From assembly GCA_024405635.1 (NCBI GenBank), contig JAKSOL010000001.1:1-64000 (forward strand): a DNA stretch of 64,000 nt, read 5' to 3'. Within the stretch, counting starts at the first letter, position 1. The number at the start of each line of letters is the position of its first letter. Made by a program: the position numbers and the translations under genes. Positions 19,458 through 30,243 of the stretch are shown here, piece by piece. The DNA comes from Salinivirgaceae bacterium. GTDB lineage: Bacteria > Bacteroidota > Bacteroidia > Bacteroidales > SZUA-534. Under the pieces are notes generated by a model. That model was given only the letters and a program-made list of their open reading frames with translations. It did not search any database and was not told where the DNA came from.

Positions 19458-20522
19458 ATGTTTCAGTTTGCTAATCCACAATATTTAATGCTTCTGGTTT
19501 TGGTGCCAGTTGTACTTGTGCTGTTCATTGCAGGTAGGGTTATTCAAAGTAGAGTAATGTCCAACTTTGGCGAGGCCGATTTGTTGAAACGACTGATGCC
19601 CGACAACTCAAAAGTTCGTCCTTGGGTTAAAATGTCGCTTACGCTAGTGGCGTTGACGTTGCTTATAATTGCGCTTGCTGGCCCACAATTCGGCTCAAAG
19701 TTGCGCGAGGTAAAACGCACTGGCATTGAGTTAGTTGTGGCGCTCGATGTGTCGAATAGTATGATGGCCGAAGATATTACTCCAAACCGATTGGAAAATG
19801 CAAAACGCGCCATATCAAAAATTATTGACGGACTACACGACGACAAACTTGCTCTAATTGTTTTTGCAGGCGATGCTTTTGTTCAACTGCCAATGACAAG
19901 CGACTACACCGCAGCAAAAATGTTTCTAGCTAGCATCACTCCCGAGTTGGTTACCAATCAAGGAACCGCCATTGCTTCGGCTATCGACTTGGCTCTTAAA
20001 TCGTTTTCGCCTAGCGAAGACAAAAACAAAGCCATTGTAATAATAACCGATGGCGAGGATCATGAGGGCGATGCTGTTGGTATGGCAACCAAAGCAGCTG
20101 AGGCTGGAGTAGTGGTTCACATGGTTGGAATGGGACAAGCTCAAGGTTCGCCAATTCCGGTTTACAATAAATATGGCCAACGCGACTATCGCACCGACGG
20201 TCAAGGTAACGTTGTGATTTCAAAACTTGACGAAACAGTGCTAAAACAAGTTGCAGCCGCTGGTGGTGGCAAATACATTAGAGCCAACAACACCAAAAGC
20301 GGATTAAGCGCCTTGTTTGACGAACTTGGCAATATGCAAAAGGTTGAAATGGAAACTAAAATGTATTCGGAATACGAGGAGCAATACCAATATTTTTTAG
20401 GCTTTGCAATGCTTTTGCTATTAGTTGAATTGTTTATTCTTCAACGCCAAAACCGCAAACTCAACTCCATCAATTTGTTTCAAACTTCGTTTCTGAATAA
20501 TAATCAAAACAAAGATGAATAA
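19458..20522 (+). CDS. batB: BatB vWA protein
   Basis: DVSNSM, PNRLENAK, ITDGEDHEG. Confidence 0.92.
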   Translation: MFQFANPQYLMLLVLVPVVLVLFIAGRVIQSRVMSNFGEADLLKRLMPDNSKVRPWVKMSLTLVALTLLIIALAGPQFGSKLREVKRTGIELVVALDVSNSMMAEDITPNRLENAKRAISKIIDGLHDDKLALIVFAGDAFVQLPMTSDYTAAKMFLASITPELVTNQGTAIASAIDLALKSFSPSEDKNKAIVIITDGEDHEGDAVGMATKAAEAGVVVHMVGMGQAQGSPIPVYNKYGQRDYRTDGQGNVVISKLDETVLKQVAAAGGGKYIRANNTKSGLSALFDELGNMQKVEMETKMYSEYEEQYQYFLGFAMLLLLVELFILQRQNRKLNSINLFQTSFLNNNQNKDE

Positions 20523-21336
20523 GGTTAAATTATTGCTAATCAGTTTGTTTGTGCTGGGCTCAATTGCGTCAGTTAATGCGCAAAACGAGCGTAAGTATAT
20601 TCGTAGAGGTAACTCGGCTTACAACAAAGCGGTAATCGATTCGGTTACAGTCGATTCAACTAAATATGCCGATGCCGAAAATTACTATCGCAAAGCTTTG
20701 GAAGAAGATCCAAATAACTGGGACGCTAGTTACAACTTGGCTAATGCTTTGTTTCGTCAAGGTAAACTCGAAGATGCTGCTCGTCAGTATCAAGCTGTGG
20801 CTCAGCGTAATATCGATAGCAAAACAAAACGAGCTAACGCTTATCATAACTTAGGTAACTGCATGCTTATGGGCAACAATCTTCAAGCTGCTATTGAGGC
20901 ATACAAAGAGTCGTTGCGCAACGATCCTACCAATCTTGAAACCAAATACAATCTTGCTTGGGCTCAAAACAAATTGAAGGAGCAACAAGACCAGCAAAAC
21001 GAGCAAAACCAGAACCAAAACCAAAATCAAGATCAGCAGCAAGACCAGCAAAAGCAAGATAATCAACAAGATCAGAATCAAAATCAGGATAACAAGCAAG
21101 ACCAACAAAAACAAGATAGCGACCAAAATCAAGATCAGCAACAAAATCAGCAAAACCAAAATCAGCAAAACCAAAATCAAGACCAGCAACAAGGCGAACA
21201 AAACGAGCACCAAATGTCGAAAGAAGATGCTATGAGGATTCTTGAGGCTCTTGAAAACGACGAAAAAGATGTGCAAGACAAAGTGCAGAAGCAGAAGGCT
21301 AAGCCTGTTCAGCGTCGTACACAAAAAGATTGGTAA
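20515..21336 (+). CDS. batC: BatC TPR protein with Q/N-rich linker
   Basis: TPRs, Q/N/D tract, C-terminal KDW. Confidence 0.9.
   Translation: MNKVKLLLISLFVLGSIASVNAQNERKYIRRGNSAYNKAVIDSVTVDSTKYADAENYYRKALEEDPNNWDASYNLANALFRQGKLEDAARQYQAVAQRNIDSKTKRANAYHNLGNCMLMGNNLQAAIEAYKESLRNDPTNLETKYNLAWAQNKLKEQQDQQNEQNQNQNQNQDQQQDQQKQDNQQDQNQNQDNKQDQQKQDSDQNQDQQQNQQNQNQQNQNQDQQQGEQNEHQMSKEDAMRILEALENDEKDVQDKVQKQKAKPVQRRTQKDW
20983..21210 (+). repeat. Low-complexity coding repeat (Gln/Asn/Asp) in batC
   Basis: CAA/CAG/AAC/AAT-rich run encoding QQDQQNEQNQNQNQ... Confidence 0.85.
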
Positions 21337-21383
21337 TGCTATATTTGCGGTTCTTTTGAGAAACGAAAAAGTGTAAATAGTAT

Positions 21384-23246
21384 ATGATTCAACTAATTGT
21401 AGATAAGATATTTGCGCCAGTAAAAATGTTGTTTGCCACCATCTGCTTTTTTGCAACAACAATGGCTGCTTATGCCGATAATGTAGAGTTTACCGTTAAT
21501 GCACCGCGTGCGGTTGAGGTGGGCGAGCGTTTTCGTATTCAGTTTTCGGTTAATGCAAAGGGTAGCAACTTTGAACTGGGCGAGACAGGTGGATTGTCTA
21601 TTCTTTCGGGACCAAACCAATCTAGCAGTAGTAGCATTCAGGTTATTAATGGCAAAATGTCGAAAAGTGTAGCCACAACCTACACTTGCATAATGGTGGC
21701 TAATTCGGCTGGCATTTACACAATAGCTCCAGCAAGCGTTGTTGTTGATGGCAAGCAATATGTTACACAAGAGTACAAAATAGAGGTTGTAGGTGGTGCC
21801 CAACCATCGGCTCAACAGCAGCAAGGTGCCCCAAGTCAGCAACAAACTTCGCAGCCACAAACTGTTGACGTTGGTGGTCAAAATGCCGATATGTTTACCG
21901 CCGTAACAGTTGACAAAAAAAGCCTTTACCAAGGTCAATATATGGTGGCTACAATTAAAATTTACACTAAAAAGGAAATCTACAATTTCAGCGACATAAA
22001 GTTCCCTGCCTTTAACGGTTTTTGGAGCTACGACCTTGAGTCTCCAACTCAAATATCGCTTCAACGCGAGAATGTTAATGGCCAAATTTATACAACAGGC
22101 CTTATAAAACGAGTTTTGCTTATGCCACAGCGCTCTGGCGAACTCACTATTGAACCATTTGAAATAACTTTAATAAGTCGCAGCCGAGTACGTAGCAACA
22201 ATCCGTTTGACGACTTTTTTGGAGGTTCGTACCAAAATGTTGAAAACAAGGTGGTTAGCAAACCGGTTAAGATAAATGTGTTGCCTTTGCCAGCTGGTAA
22301 ACCGGCCGATTTTTCAGGGGGCGTGGGTGCGCTTAACATGAAAGCATCGGTTGATAAACAGCAAGTTAAGGCTAACGAGGCTGTTACACTTAAAGTTGTA
22401 ATAAGTGGTCAAGGCAACTTAAAATTCATCAACAAACCAAAAATCGATTTTCCACCCGATGTTGATGTTTACGATCCAAAAATTACTCAAAACATCAAGC
22501 ATTCAGAGTCTGGTCAGTCGGGTTCTGTTCAGTTCGATTATTTGTTCATTCCTCGTTACGCAGGTCAGTATCGCATTGCGCCAATAACATTTAGTTATTT
22601 CGACACCAAAACTAAAACTTACAAAACGGTTAATACATCGGAGTTTTTGATTGATGTTGAGCGCGGAAATGCCGAAGAAGAGAATAACTCTGGTGTTGTT
22701 CAGGCACTTACAAAAGAGGATGTTAAGTTTATTGGAAAAGACATACGTTTTATTAAACCAGTTGAAAAACTAACAGCAAAACAACGCGTAATGTACGGCA
22801 CAAGCACCTTTTATGCTTGTTACATTGTTCCATTGCTAATTTTTATTGCAATTGTGTTGTTCCGATTGGCGCAAATAAAACAAAATGCCAACCAAGCTGC
22901 AGTTCGAAACCGAAAAGCCAACAAAGTGTCGAAAAAGCGTTTGCGTGTTGCTGCTAAATACATGAAAGACAACAAGGAAAACGAATTTTACGACGAAATT
23001 TTGCGAGCAATTTGGGGTTATTTGAGCGATAAACTGTCAATTCCATTCGCATCGTTGTCAAAAGATAATGTTTCGGGAATACTAGAAACGCATTCGGTTG
23101 ACTCTCAAACAATTGCCGATTTGATGGAATTGCTTAATGCTTGTGAATTTGCAAAATATGCGCCATCGGCTGTACAAGGAGGAATGAAACAGATTTACCA
23201 AAAGACCGATGACATTATTTCGGTTCTAGACCAGAAGGTTAAATAA
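21384..23246 (+). CDS. batD: BatD protein
   Basis: Repeated beta-sandwich domains, DDFFGG, one TM, CEFAKYAP. Confidence 0.9.
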   Translation: MIQLIVDKIFAPVKMLFATICFFATTMAAYADNVEFTVNAPRAVEVGERFRIQFSVNAKGSNFELGETGGLSILSGPNQSSSSSIQVINGKMSKSVATTYTCIMVANSAGIYTIAPASVVVDGKQYVTQEYKIEVVGGAQPSAQQQQGAPSQQQTSQPQTVDVGGQNADMFTAVTVDKKSLYQGQYMVATIKIYTKKEIYNFSDIKFPAFNGFWSYDLESPTQISLQRENVNGQIYTTGLIKRVLLMPQRSGELTIEPFEITLISRSRVRSNNPFDDFFGGSYQNVENKVVSKPVKINVLPLPAGKPADFSGGVGALNMKASVDKQQVKANEAVTLKVVISGQGNLKFINKPKIDFPPDVDVYDPKITQNIKHSESGQSGSVQFDYLFIPRYAGQYRIAPITFSYFDTKTKTYKTVNTSEFLIDVERGNAEEENNSGVVQALTKEDVKFIGKDIRFIKPVEKLTAKQRVMYGTSTFYACYIVPLLIFIAIVLFRLAQIKQNANQAAVRNRKANKVSKKRLRVAAKYMKDNKENEFYDEILRAIWGYLSDKLSIPFASLSKDNVSGILETHSVDSQTIADLMELLNACEFAKYAPSAVQGGMKQIYQKTDDIISVLDQKVK

Positions 23247-23267
23247 CGCTTAAAATTTGATAATCAG

Positions 23268-24032
23268 ATGAATAAAAAACTAAATATACTTTTTGCGGTT
23301 GCGTTCTGCTTTTTTACAAATGCACTTTCGGCTGCCGATTTTAAAGCTCAACTCGATACGGCTGAACAATGCTACAAATCGGCTCGTTACGAGCAGGCTA
23401 TTGCTACCTATGAGCAGATTGTTGACAATGGATTTGAGTCGGCCGAGCTTTTTTTTAACCTTGGCAATGCTTACTTCAAGTCAAACAAGTTTCCCATGGC
23501 TATAGTTAATTACGAGCGTGCATTGAAACTCAATCCAACCGATGAGGATATTCAGTTTAACTTGCAATTGGCTAATACATACGTAGTTGATAAAATTGAT
23601 GTTTTGCCAGAGTTCTTCCTAAAATCGTGGGGACAGACATTTGTTCAAACCTTTTCAACAAACCAGTGGGCACACATTAGCATTGCTTGTTTTGTGATTG
23701 GATTGACACTTTTGTTGGTTTTCTTTTTGTCGCAAAGCATAGTGCTGCGCAAATGTTCGTTTTGGATTGGAGTGTTGGCAATAATTGTCTCGGTGCTAGG
23801 TTTTAGTTTTTCGGGCAAACAAAAAGATGCCATGGTTAGCACTCCCGATGCTATTGTAGTAGCTCCATCGGTAATAGTAAAAGGCTCGCCCGATGTTAAC
23901 GGTGTTGAACTTTTTGTTGTTCACGAAGGTTTGAAAGTTAAAGTTTCTAAAAACCTTGATGGTTGGTTTGAAATTAAACTTTCTGATGGCAACAAAGGTT
24001 GGGTAAAAACCGAAACTATTGTAATAATTTAG
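23268..24032 (+). CDS. batE: BatE TPR/SH3 protein
   Basis: FNLGNAYFK TPR, two TMs, HEGLKV...GWV SH3-like end. Confidence 0.9.
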   Translation: MNKKLNILFAVAFCFFTNALSAADFKAQLDTAEQCYKSARYEQAIATYEQIVDNGFESAELFFNLGNAYFKSNKFPMAIVNYERALKLNPTDEDIQFNLQLANTYVVDKIDVLPEFFLKSWGQTFVQTFSTNQWAHISIACFVIGLTLLLVFFLSQSIVLRKCSFWIGVLAIIVSVLGFSFSGKQKDAMVSTPDAIVVAPSVIVKGSPDVNGVELFVVHEGLKVKVSKNLDGWFEIKLSDGNKGWVKTETIVII

Positions 24033-24064
24033 TTTTGAACACTGGTCGAAAGAGGTCGGTTCAT

Positions 24065-24859
24065 TTATTCAACAACAGCAGTTTTAGGCTTAGTTTCGCC
24101 GCAAGGAATTGCGTATGCAATGGTGTAGCTTATTCCTGTATTTACACGGTTTTTAGCTTTGCCAAATCCAGGAATAATGTAAGGCGTAAGGTTTCCGCAA
24201 TTGCGGTTAGGCATACATTTTACGCGCACGTTAAGCCCCATAAACAAATTGTGAACCAATTCGCATTTTCCGCCAAACATAACCTCGCCCCAAACTTTGC
24301 TGTGGCTTGTCGATTCAATCTCAGACATTTTTATGCCATGAAAAGTCTCAACTCGTAAGTCGTTGGCTTCGTGCTTAAAATTTGAAATGCCCAACCTAAC
24401 GCCAATAAAAAACGTGTTGCGGTCAAGCCGGTGAGCATATTTAAGAATGTTATAGTCAAATCCAATACGATAATATTGGCCATTCATTTTATAGTTAATT
24501 GTATCAATGCGGTTGTGCTTAACCGATTGTGTGCCAATTTCCAGAGTAGGGAACCATTTGTAAAATAACTCGCCGTCAACATAAAATTCAGTTCCGCTTG
24601 AGCTGATGTCGCCAATAAGAGGAAGCGCAAAACGCGAAAGGTCGCAACCTATTCGCACATAACGTTTACGAGTTGGCATATCAACAATTTTGGCGTTTTT
24701 TTCTTTTTGCTTGTTCAATTGTGTTTCGTCAACAATTTGCAATGAGTTGCGTGGTTGACTTGGCAAAATATTATGTTGCGCCATAGCCAAACTGCTGATA
24801 CTTAGCAGAACAAGTGTGCTAAAAATATATTTCAACATGTGTTGTCTCATCTTGTCCAA
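24065..24859 (-). CDS. Outer-membrane beta-barrel protein (DUF6048-like)
   Basis: RIGCDLSR, GQYYRIGFDYN, YIIPGFGK. Confidence 0.7.
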   Translation of the reverse strand: MDKMRQHMLKYIFSTLVLLSISSLAMAQHNILPSQPRNSLQIVDETQLNKQKEKNAKIVDMPTRKRYVRIGCDLSRFALPLIGDISSSGTEFYVDGELFYKWFPTLEIGTQSVKHNRIDTINYKMNGQYYRIGFDYNILKYAHRLDRNTFFIGVRLGISNFKHEANDLRVETFHGIKMSEIESTSHSKVWGEVMFGGKCELVHNLFMGLNVRVKCMPNRNCGNLTPYIIPGFGKAKNRVNTGISYTIAYAIPCGETKPKTAVVE

Positions 24860-25319
24860 CGTGGCAGTTTATTTTGTGTTTTATTGAGTCGATAGCTGTT
24901 CGTTGCAAACTATCAATCGCACCAAAATGTATTGGCTCGGTTATGTCATATTCGTAAAAAGCACCGCACTCAATGTTGCGCACCATTAATTGGGGCTTTG
25001 CATACACAACCATATAATCGGCATTTACCTCGGTTGTGGTAGTGGTAAATGTAAATGTTTTAATACAAAATTCGGTTGAATCGCTATTTATGTTTAGTGG
25101 CAAATGTAACCCATAAGGAAATCCTTTTTGTGCATAAATCACCTCGTTTGAAGTTCCTAACAAGGTTACGCTTGTTGAATCAAAACTGCCACCAGACTTG
25201 TCGATAAATTTGCAGTTGAGTCCAGGAATGCGGTCGTTGCAGTCAACAATCTCTTGGTTGCAGCCAACAAATGCACTTACAACGCCAATTGCAACCCAAA
25301 GTAAAAAATGCTTTTTCAA
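24819..25319 (-). CDS. Lipoprotein (DUF6452-like)
   Basis: Lipobox FVGC, LPLN, ECG, C-terminal HVEIYF. Confidence 0.65.
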   Translation of the reverse strand: MKKHFLLWVAIGVVSAFVGCNQEIVDCNDRIPGLNCKFIDKSGGSFDSTSVTLLGTSNEVIYAQKGFPYGLHLPLNINSDSTEFCIKTFTFTTTTTEVNADYMVVYAKPQLMVRNIECGAFYEYDITEPIHFGAIDSLQRTAIDSIKHKINCHVGQDETTHVEIYF

Positions 25320-25495
25320 CTTATTTGTGTGTTAAAATCGGGCCAAAGTTATAAAAATGTCGGCACCAACATTTGGTTGCCAATAGTTGAAGAATTTGTT
25401 GTGGCGCACTAGGTTTTTTATTGTCCAAAATAGCTTGCCCCTTGTGTAAAAAGGCATTCAATTTCAGTATCTTTGCACGCTTTATTTTTCTGCTT

Positions 25496-28333
25496 ATGAA
25501 CAAGATAGTTGAGGACGAAAATTTTGTGCGAGTTTATGGTGCTCGCGTACATAATTTGAAGAACATCGACGTTGAAATTCCGCGAAACAAACTCACTGTT
25601 ATTACAGGATTGAGCGGAAGTGGTAAATCGTCGTTAGCTTTCGACACTATTTATGCCGAAGGTCAACGCCGTTACCTTGAAACATTTTCGGCCTATGCTC
25701 GTCAAATGCTTGGCGTAATGGAACGTCCTGATGTTGATAAAATTACAGGATTAAGCCCAGTTATATCTATTGAGCAGAAAACCACAAACAAAAATCCACG
25801 TTCAACTGTTGGAACCACCACAGAGATATACGATTTCTTCCGCTTGCTTTTTGCGCGCGCTGGCGAGGCTTACTCGTACAACACTGGCAAAAAAATGGTA
25901 AAATACACTGAAGAACAGATAGTTGAAGATATAATTACCAAGCTAACTGGGCAAAAAGTGTATATGCTTGCCCCCATTGTAAAAAACCGCAAGGGACATT
26001 ACAAGGCAGAGTTTGAAAAACTAATGTCGCACGGATACCTTACAGCCCGTGTCGATGGCGAAATTGTTGACCTTAGGCCTGGCATGCGGCTCGACCGTTA
26101 CAAAAACCACTCAATTGACGTGGTGATTGATAAACTAAAAATTGACGAAAAAGACCGCAAACGAATTACCGAGTCGCTGCAAGTGGCTATGCGTCAGGGA
26201 CAAGGAACAATTTCTGTTCAACAGATGGAAACCAAGCAAGAGTGGTTCTTTAGTAAACATTTAATGTGCCCCGACACTGGTTTGTCATACAATGAGCCTG
26301 CTCCTCACTCTTTTTCGTTTAACTCGCCATTGGGCGCTTGCCCAACTTGTAAAGGTTTGGGGGTAGTTAATAAAATTGATGTTGATAAAGTTATTCCCAA
26401 CCGAAACCTAAGTATAAAACAAGGCGGCATTGTGCCTTTGGGAAAATATCGAAACGACTTGTTTTTTGCACAAATTGAAGCAGTGTTGGCAAAGTTTCAA
26501 GAAAAAATTGACACCCCCATTGCCGAATTGTCTGACGAGGCTCTTGATGCTGTGCTTAATGGTTACGATCAACCTTTTGCGCTCCTTAAAACTCCAATTG
26601 GCTCGAACTCTGGCTACTATATGAGCTTTCAAGGCGTGTTGATGTATTTGCAAGGCGACATGAACGAAGATGTACGCGAAGACGACGATAAAAAAGTTGG
26701 TTCTTCGTTTGTGAAATTATGTACTTGTCCCGAATGTGGCGGTGCACGTTTGCGAAAAGAATCACTCCACTTCAAAATTGATGGGAAAAACATTGCCGAA
26801 CTTGCCGAAATGGACATCAAATCGTTGTCTGAATGGCTTGTTGGTCTTGAGGATAGATTGAACGATAAGCAAAAAATAATAGCAACCGAAACATTAAAAG
26901 AAATACGCAGCCGACTGCAGTTTCTTGTGAAAGTTGGTCTTGGCTATTTGTCGCTAAACCGTACATCGCGTAGTTTGTCGGGTGGCGAAAGTCAACGCAT
27001 ACGCCTTGCAACTCAAATCGGCTCTCAGTTGGTTAATGTTCTTTACATTCTTGATGAGCCTAGTATAGGTTTGCACCAACGTGACAACACTAAGCTAATC
27101 AATTCGTTACGCGAATTATGCAACGCTGGTAATACTGTGATTGTGGTTGAGCACGACCGCGATATGATGCTAGCTTCCGATTATATAGTTGATATAGGTC
27201 CCTTTGCAGGCCGACGTGGCGGAAATCTTGTGGCACAAGGAACTCCCGAGCAAATTCTGAAAAGCAATTCGTTGACTGCACAATACCTGAATGGCGAAAA
27301 ATCAATAGCAGTGCCAGCTAAACGTCGCGACGGAAATGGTCAATATCTGGTTCTTGAACATGCTGTTGGGCATAACCTTAAAGATGTAACTTTAAAGTTG
27401 CCTCTTGGCTTATTTGTTTGTGTTACAGGTGTTTCTGGAAGCGGAAAGTCATCTCTTATCAACGAAACTTTGCAGCCAATTCTGAACAAATATTTCTACC
27501 ATTCGGTTCAAGAGCCTTTGCCGTATGGTAACATTATTGGCATTGAAAATATCGACAAGATTATTGATGTGAACCAAGAACCTGTAGGCCGCACACCTCG
27601 TTCAAATCCAGCAACTTATTGCGGCTTTTTTGCCGATATACGTATGTTGTTTGAGCGTTTGCCAGAGGCTCAAATTCGAGGTTTCAAGGCAGGTCGTTTT
27701 TCGTTTAATATAAAAGGCGGTCGTTGTGAAACTTGCAAAGGTGCTGGCGTTCAGACAATTGAAATGAACTTTTTGCCCGATGTGTTGGTAAATTGCCCCG
27801 AGTGTAATGGCCAACGCTACAATCGCGAAACTCTTGAAGTACGTTTTAAAGGAAAATCAATCTCTGAGGTGCTTGATATGACTGTAAATCAGGCTGTTGA
27901 GTTCTTTGAAAATGTGCCAAAAATTCTCCAAAAAGTTAAGGCTTTGCAAGATGTAGGTTTGGGTTACATTAAACTTGGTCAACCATCAACCACCTTGAGT
28001 GGAGGCGAAAGTCAACGTATAAAACTTGCAGCAGAACTTGCTAAAAAAGATACAGGCAAAACACTTTACATTCTTGACGAACCAACAACGGGTTTGCATT
28101 TTGAGGACATTAACGTGTTGCTTGGAGTGCTGAATAAATTAGTTGAAAAAGGCAATACAGTTGTTGTTATCGAGCACAATCTTGATGTTATTAAAATGGC
28201 CGATTACATTATTGATATGGGAATGGAAGGTGGTGCAGCTGGTGGCCAAATTGTGTGCGAAGGAACTCCTGAACAAATTGTAAAACAGGGCGTTGGATAT
28301 ACCGTTCAGTACTTAAAAAATGAACTAAAATAA
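25496..28333 (+). CDS. uvrA: Excinuclease ABC subunit A
   Basis: GARVHNLKN, two Walker A ([18 protein letters not shown]), LSGGESQR, Zn fingers. TATCTTTG promoter element upstream. Confidence 0.98.
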   Translation: MNKIVEDENFVRVYGARVHNLKNIDVEIPRNKLTVITGLSGSGKSSLAFDTIYAEGQRRYLETFSAYARQMLGVMERPDVDKITGLSPVISIEQKTTNKNPRSTVGTTTEIYDFFRLLFARAGEAYSYNTGKKMVKYTEEQIVEDIITKLTGQKVYMLAPIVKNRKGHYKAEFEKLMSHGYLTARVDGEIVDLRPGMRLDRYKNHSIDVVIDKLKIDEKDRKRITESLQVAMRQGQGTISVQQMETKQEWFFSKHLMCPDTGLSYNEPAPHSFSFNSPLGACPTCKGLGVVNKIDVDKVIPNRNLSIKQGGIVPLGKYRNDLFFAQIEAVLAKFQEKIDTPIAELSDEALDAVLNGYDQPFALLKTPIGSNSGYYMSFQGVLMYLQGDMNEDVREDDDKKVGSSFVKLCTCPECGGARLRKESLHFKIDGKNIAELAEMDIKSLSEWLVGLEDRLNDKQKIIATETLKEIRSRLQFLVKVGLGYLSLNRTSRSLSGGESQRIRLATQIGSQLVNVLYILDEPSIGLHQRDNTKLINSLRELCNAGNTVIVVEHDRDMMLASDYIVDIGPFAGRRGGNLVAQGTPEQILKSNSLTAQYLNGEKSIAVPAKRRDGNGQYLVLEHAVGHNLKDVTLKLPLGLFVCVTGVSGSGKSSLINETLQPILNKYFYHSVQEPLPYGNIIGIENIDKIIDVNQEPVGRTPRSNPATYCGFFADIRMLFERLPEAQIRGFKAGRFSFNIKGGRCETCKGAGVQTIEMNFLPDVLVNCPECNGQRYNRETLEVRFKGKSISEVLDMTVNQAVEFFENVPKILQKVKALQDVGLGYIKLGQPSTTLSGGESQRIKLAAELAKKDTGKTLYILDEPTTGLHFEDINVLLGVLNKLVEKGNTVVVIEHNLDVIKMADYIIDMGMEGGAAGGQIVCEGTPEQIVKQGVGYTVQYLKNELK

Positions 28334-28436
28334 GATAGTCGACACAATATTGCTAGGCAGTTTGTTTTCGAAAAAACAAAGCAGCACTTTGAAGTAAATT
28401 TTTACCTTTGGTGAGTATCGTTAAAAAATCATAGGT

Positions 28437-30092
28437 ATGATTGAAATTATCTGCAAAAACAACGGAGTGCGCAAACAATTTGAAACACCACTTTCGTTGC
28501 TCCAATTGGCTAAAGATTTAGGAGTTGAACTTAAATACCCAATCTTTGGCGCTTATGTGAATAACAAACTGAAAGAACTTGACTACGTGGTATATAACTC
28601 TCGTACAGTTAAGTTTATCGATATTACCGATGTTAACGGAATGCGCATGTACGTTCGCTCGCTTTGCTTTTTGCTTCAAAAAGCCGTTGGCGATGTTACC
28701 GACGGTCATGTGCGCATCGAACACTCAATATCAAAAGGTTACTATTGCGAATTAGATGGCTTTAACTCCGATTTGACCGATAAAGTGGTTGCTGATATTG
28801 TTACACGCATGCACGAATTGGTTAAACAAGATTTGCCATACGAGCGCAAACACCTTCTGACTGAGGATGTTATAAAAATATTTGAAGATAAAAGTGCTCA
28901 CGAAAAAGCTAAACTCTTACGTACACGCGGTCACTTGTATTCGTCAATCTATCGTTTGGCCGACAAAGAAGATTATTTCTACGGATGCTTGTTGCCATCA
29001 ACTGGTTACCTTTCGGTTTTCGACTTGAAAAAATACAACGATGGAATGCTGCTCATGATTCCTAAAGCATCAGACCCAACTGTAACAGCTGACGTGCTTG
29101 CTCAAGACAAATTGTTTGAAGTGCTACATGAGTTTAAAGGTTGGAACAAAATATTGAACATCAGCTATATAAGTAATATTAACGATAAGGTTGATAGTGG
29201 CCAAGTTGGCGAGTTGATTAAGATATCGGAGGCTTTGCACGAAAAGAAAATGGCCAACATTGCCGATATGATTTGCAACCGCCCAATTCGTCCACGATTG
29301 GTGCTACTTTCTGGCCCATCATCATCGGGAAAAACAACATCGGCTCAACGGCTAGCTGTGCAACTGAAAGTTGTTGGCCTTTCGCCAGTTACCATTTCGC
29401 TCGATAACTATTTTGTTGATCGCGAAAAAACTCCTCTTGACGAAAATGGAGAATACGATTTTGAGTGTATTGAAGCTCTTGATATGCCAAAGTTGAACGA
29501 AGATTTAAACGCTCTTTTGGCAGGTAAAACCATTCAAGTACCAAAATTCTCGTTCATTGAAGGCAAACGATATTACGATGGAGAAACAATGTCTATTGAT
29601 GAAAATACAATCATTCTTGCCGAAGGAATACACGCACTTAATCCTCGTTTAACGTCGCAAGTTGACGATAGTTTGAAGTTTAAGATTTACGCATCGGCGC
29701 TCACAACCGTTTCAATCGACGACCAAAACCGTATTCCGACAACCGATACTCGGCTTATTCGTCGTATAGTTCGCGATTATCGCACGCGAGGCTATAGTGC
29801 TCTTGATACAATTAGTCGTTGGCCAAGCGTTCGTCGCGGTGAGGATAGGCATATTTTCCCATTCCAAGAAGAGGCCGATGTGATGTTTAATACAGCTTTG
29901 CCTTACGAGACAGGCGTACTAAAACGTTATGCCGAACCAATAATCTCGCAAGTGCCACCAAATTCGCCTGCTTATGCTGAGGCAATCCGTTTACTCAAGT
30001 TCTTTAGTTATGTAAAACCAATTCCCGACGACGAGATTCCACCAACGTCAATCTTGCGTGAATTTTTGGGAGGAAGTAGTTTTAAATATTAA
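28437..30092 (+). CDS. Nucleoside/uridine kinase with ThrRS-like N-terminal domains
   Basis: N-terminal TGS/tRNA_SAD-like region; GPSSSGKTT, LDNYF, EGIHALN, RRIVRD. Confidence 0.88.
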   Translation: MIEIICKNNGVRKQFETPLSLLQLAKDLGVELKYPIFGAYVNNKLKELDYVVYNSRTVKFIDITDVNGMRMYVRSLCFLLQKAVGDVTDGHVRIEHSISKGYYCELDGFNSDLTDKVVADIVTRMHELVKQDLPYERKHLLTEDVIKIFEDKSAHEKAKLLRTRGHLYSSIYRLADKEDYFYGCLLPSTGYLSVFDLKKYNDGMLLMIPKASDPTVTADVLAQDKLFEVLHEFKGWNKILNISYISNINDKVDSGQVGELIKISEALHEKKMANIADMICNRPIRPRLVLLSGPSSSGKTTSAQRLAVQLKVVGLSPVTISLDNYFVDREKTPLDENGEYDFECIEALDMPKLNEDLNALLAGKTIQVPKFSFIEGKRYYDGETMSIDENTIILAEGIHALNPRLTSQVDDSLKFKIYASALTTVSIDDQNRIPTTDTRLIRRIVRDYRTRGYSALDTISRWPSVRRGEDRHIFPFQEEADVMFNTALPYETGVLKRYAEPIISQVPPNSPAYAEAIRLLKFFSYVKPIPDDEIPPTSILREFLGGSSFKY

Positions 30093-30104
30093 TTTATTTC
30101 ATGT

Positions 30105-30141
30105 AAAAAGTTGGCAAAAATCATTCTTGTCAACTTTTTTT
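30105..30141 (+). terminator. Intrinsic terminator
   Basis: AAAAAGTTGGCAA...TTGTCAACTTTTTT. Confidence 0.7.
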
Positions 30142-30243
30142 CATTTATGCACAAAAAAAGTTAATACAAAGTGTCTTGTAATCTTGGTGGTATCTTCAAT
30201 TTGAGTACTTTAGCAAATTATTGATTACACTGTTTAACAGTCT

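Noticed and set aside
20851-21462. 203-aa Leu/Val-rich minus-strand ORF
   Set aside because: Antisense shadow of the Q/N-rich batC linker.
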